A stretch of 44,719 nt of DNA from Candidatus Bathyarchaeia archaeon. Lineage in GTDB: Bacteria; Chloroflexota; Limnocylindria; P2-11E. A program made the position numbers and the translations under genes. Shown piece by piece: positions 42,162 through 44,719 of this stretch. The stretch is from NCBI GenBank assembly GCA_035637615.1, contig DASPWX010000001.1, positions 1 to 44,719 on the forward strand, read 5' to 3'. Numbering within the stretch: the first letter of the stretch is position 1; the number at the start of each line of letters is the position of its first letter. Below the pieces are notes generated by a model. It saw nothing but the letters and a program-made list of their open reading frames with translations. It did not search any database and was not told the origin of the DNA.

Positions 42162-43300
42162 TCGATCTGTCGCTGGTCGCGCGGGTGCGTGCCGAAGTCG
42201 CGTTAGGAATCGATCCAGCCGGCCTTCTGGCCGTCTACGCCGAGCCGGCCCGGAGAGTGCTCCTTCGGGAGCGGGTCCGAGTGGCGGCGCGAGTCCCCCT
42301 CACCGAGACCGAGCTCGACGCGATGTGCGCGGAGCTCTTCGGATTCGGACCGCTCCAACAATTGCTCGACGATCCGCTCGTCACCGACGTTCTTGTGAAC
42401 GGTCCTCGCGACGTGTTCTGCGAGCGCTCGGGCCGGCTGGAGCGCGCCGCTGTCGAGTTTCGCGGAGCGGATGAGGTTGCCGAGCTCGCGCACCGCATCG
42501 CCGGAAGCGTCGGACGCGAGCTGACGCTCGAGCGACCATTCGTCGACGCACGGATGCGCGACGGGAGCCGGGCGAACGCGGTGATCGCACCCATCGGCGG
42601 CCCCAGCCTTTCCATCCGGAAGTTCAACCGGCTTTCCGTGCCGCTGCGCGGAGCGGCACCATCGTGGGTCGCGAGCGGCCTGGCCGACGATGCGGCTGCG
42701 CTCCTCGAAACCTGCGTCCGCGAGCGCGCAAGCATCCTCGTGAGCGGGGCGACAGGGTCGGGGAAGAGCACCCTGCTTCGCTCGCTCGCGGCTGCGATAC
42801 CGGACGAGGAGCGGCTCGTCGTGATCGAAGATACGAACGAGCTCGTTCTCCCGCACCCGCATGTCGTGCACCTCGAGTGCGTGCCGGTTCGCGACGGGTC
42901 CGGCATCGGGATCGCCGATCTGGTCGCGAACGCGCTGCGAATGCGTCCTGATCGGATCCTCGTTGGCGAGGTCCGCACACCACGCGAAGCCGCGGCGCTC
43001 ATCGAAGCCCTCAGCACCGGACACGAAGGCTCGCTGACGACGATTCACGCCGGGTCGGCCGCGGGTGCGATCGACCGGCTGGCGTTGCTCCTTGCGCGTG
43101 CCGGCGAGCTCGGGGAAGCAGCGATCGCGCGTCACGTCGCCCAGGGGATCGACGTCCTGGTACACGTCGCGCGGGATCGTGCGGGCAGGCGATCCGTGCG
43201 CGAGATCGCGTCGATCGAGGAGGGTGGTGTCACACATCTCTGGCGGTCCGGCGAGATCGCGGTGCGGATGCCGGCGCGTCTGCGGCAACGGCTCGCATGA
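42158..43300 (+). CDS. cpaF: CpaF/TadA secretion ATPase
   Basis: ITDVLVNGP, Walker A SGATGSGKSTLL, Walker B RLVVIEDTNEL, RMRPDRILVGEVR, and His box GSLTTIHAGS. Confidence 0.9.
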   Translation: MIDLSLVARVRAEVALGIDPAGLLAVYAEPARRVLLRERVRVAARVPLTETELDAMCAELFGFGPLQQLLDDPLVTDVLVNGPRDVFCERSGRLERAAVEFRGADEVAELAHRIAGSVGRELTLERPFVDARMRDGSRANAVIAPIGGPSLSIRKFNRLSVPLRGAAPSWVASGLADDAAALLETCVRERASILVSGATGSGKSTLLRSLAAAIPDEERLVVIEDTNELVLPHPHVVHLECVPVRDGSGIGIADLVANALRMRPDRILVGEVRTPREAAALIEALSTGHEGSLTTIHAGSAAGAIDRLALLLARAGELGEAAIARHVAQGIDVLVHVARDRAGRRSVREIASIEEGGVTHLWRSGEIAVRMPARLRQRLA

Positions 43301-44148
43301 CGATCGAGGCGGCCGGAGCGCTCGCTGCTGCGCTCGCGATGACCAGCGCGATCTTCGCGCCGTTCGCGCGTGGGCGATCCTGGCCCTCTCTGAGAATCGA
43401 GCATCCTGATCTCCGCCAGCTCGACGAGGCCAACTGGTGCGGGCCGCTCTGGCGGTGGGAAGCGCTGCGCGCGGGGTGCATTCTCGCCGGCGGCATGCTC
43501 GCGCTCGCGGCGTCGCTTCCGCTGCTGGGCTGTCTCGCCCTGTCTGCCCTCGCCCCGTCGATCGGCGTGCGCTCGCGCGCGGCCGCCGCTCGTCGGCGGG
43601 CACGACTTGTGGAGACACGTCTTCTGCGCGCCACGGAAGCGGCCTTGCGATCCGGCGCGTCAGTTCCTGAGGCGCTTCGGCGGGCGACAGACGGGACCGA
43701 CGATCGGCTGGCGCGGCGCCCCTTCGTCGAGGCGCTCCGAGCTTTCGACCTCGGCGCTCCACTCGATCAGGCCCTCCGGACGGCAGCTGATCGTTCGGGG
43801 ATAGACGCGAGGTCTCGGCTGGCGTTCGAAACGCTCGCGATCGGCATCGAATCGCGGCTCCCGCACGACCGCGCCGCGATCCTGGTCGCCGCCGTCGCCG
43901 ACCGCTTGGGTTTTGAGGAGCGCCTCGATGAGGAGGTGCGCGCGCGCACGGGTGGCCTCCGCGCGCAGGTCATCCTTCTCGCGCTCGTCGTGCCCGCCAT
44001 CGCGGCGTATCTCGCACTCACGGTCCCGTCGCTCGCAGCCACGCTCGGGCAGCCGATCGGGCGATTCGTCCTGATTCCCGCGGCGACCCTGCTCGAGGTG
44101 GTCGGCGTGATCGCAAGCCGCCGGGCGACTGTCGGGATGCGACGCTGA
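43297..44148 (+). CDS. tadB: TadB-like type II secretion system F-domain membrane protein
   Basis: Operon position after cpaF, N- and C-terminal TM helices, and a central helical T2SSF-like region (LRSGASVPEALRRA...). Confidence 0.7.
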   Translation: MTIEAAGALAAALAMTSAIFAPFARGRSWPSLRIEHPDLRQLDEANWCGPLWRWEALRAGCILAGGMLALAASLPLLGCLALSALAPSIGVRSRAAAARRRARLVETRLLRATEAALRSGASVPEALRRATDGTDDRLARRPFVEALRAFDLGAPLDQALRTAADRSGIDARSRLAFETLAIGIESRLPHDRAAILVAAVADRLGFEERLDEEVRARTGGLRAQVILLALVVPAIAAYLALTVPSLAATLGQPIGRFVLIPAATLLEVVGVIASRRATVGMRR

Positions 44149-44719
44149 TCGTCATCGGAGCGATCCTCGTTGCGACCGCCGTGCTCGCGGCGATCCTTGC
44201 AAGCCGCCCGCGATCCGCGGTCGGAATGCGCCTCGCGCGTTTCGCCCCGCGAACGGAGCTGCCGGACCGCGTGCGGGCAGTCCTCGTGACCCGGGACCTC
44301 CTACAAAGCGGGCTCGCTTGGACGGACGCCGAGCTCGTGCGCGCGAAGATCGTCCTCGCACTCGTCGGCGCCGCGGTCGCCGCGGCCGTCGGTCTCTTCG
44401 TGCCGATCGGCCCTCTCGCGGTCGCCGGAGCCGGCTACGCCGGCTTCATCGCACCGACGCTGCGTGTGGATCGCGCCGCAGCCTCGCGGCGCTGGGAGGC
44501 GGACCGCGCCCTCGTCGCGCTCGTTGAGTGGGCCGAGGCGCTCGTCGCGAGCGGCCGTCCGATCGAGACCGCGTTCGTGGCCATCGCCCAGAGACGCGCG
44601 GGTGCAGGTTTGGTCGATCGTGCGATTGCTGCGGCCGCTCGCTCCTACGCGCTTGGGGCCCCGCTCTTTCCAGCGCTCGCGCGTGAGGCGGCCGGAGTTG
44701 GGTTGTCCGCACTGGCGTC
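44145..44719 (+). CDS. tadC: TadC-like T2SS F-domain membrane protein (runs off the right edge)
   Basis: My own translation: LIVIGAILVATAVLAAILA...AKIVLALVGAAVAAAVGLFVPIG...ALVASGRPIETAFVAIAQ... The frame stays open to base 44719. The start is CTG 44145 (CTGA overlap with the tadB stop) or GTG 44097. Confidence 0.6.
   Translation, partial: MIVIGAILVATAVLAAILASRPRSAVGMRLARFAPRTELPDRVRAVLVTRDLLQSGLAWTDAELVRAKIVLALVGAAVAAAVGLFVPIGPLAVAGAGYAGFIAPTLRVDRAAASRRWEADRALVALVEWAEALVASGRPIETAFVAIAQRRAGAGLVDRAIAAAARSYALGAPLFPALAREAAGVGLSALA

Noticed and set aside
1-44719. CRISPR arrays, rRNA genes, riboswitches upstream of the sulfur-amino-acid and threonine genes, and other tandem repeats.
   Set aside because: No spaced direct repeats were seen. 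The only tandem repeats are the coding 60-bp KGG units and the 9-bp duplication at 8517-8534. The leaders of thrC, CBS, the CGL gene and the PLP gene are only 0-60 nt long, too short for SAM, T-box or similar leader RNAs.

Overview
GC-rich, densely packed bacterial chromosome segment. Most third codon positions are G/C, GGAGG-type Shine-Dalgarno sites are common, and many adjacent genes overlap by 1-4 nt at start/stop. I found no rRNA, CRISPR array, transposase or integrase. The long Arg/Pro/Gly-rich ORFs lying antisense to recognisable genes are shadow ORFs typical of GC-rich DNA.

Gene content, left to right:
- A two-domain GNAT (truncated at the left edge), csbD, an HMA-domain lipoprotein, a small HExxH protein, lpdA and a VOC/glyoxalase-like protein.
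- tRNA-Arg(TCT) with an AT-richer HNH endonuclease ORF that reads into it.
- A secreted animal-type haem peroxidase convergent with a DUF4352-type membrane protein.
- RidA, divergent from a haem-oxygenase-like iron enzyme.
- A minus-strand run: GH65-like hydrolase, beta-sandwich ORF, LLM oxidoreductase, plus two tiny lipoprotein ORFs.
- A Cys4 membrane protein, an M20 peptidase and an MFS transporter.
- A KGG-repeat stress protein.
- A same-strand block: PLP enzyme, ATP-grasp ligase, membrane protein, LLM monooxygenase and a secreted propeller protein.
- A HAD hydrolase and a TM0106-type RecB/DEDDy nuclease.
- A GYD protein, an S9 peptidase and a GGT.
- murA (Asp in place of the catalytic Cys), thrC, and a CBS ... 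cystathionine gamma-lyase pair split by a LuxR-type regulator.
- A GNAT, ccdA-tlpA and an ACT protein.
- A 10-gene Tad/Flp pilus operon that runs off the right edge.

I cannot point to one clearly novel system. The best candidates for follow-up are:
- the PLP/ATP-grasp/LLM/propeller block at 16.7-21.6 kb;
- the two small '...SGY-stop' lipoprotein ORFs, each followed by a +1-frame gene with a start-codon problem (11.6-13.3 kb);
- the HAD + dual nuclease pair;
- the atypical Tad operon (CTGA junctions, possible split TadZ, extra secreted protein).

All family calls come from motif recognition by eye, not from database searches.
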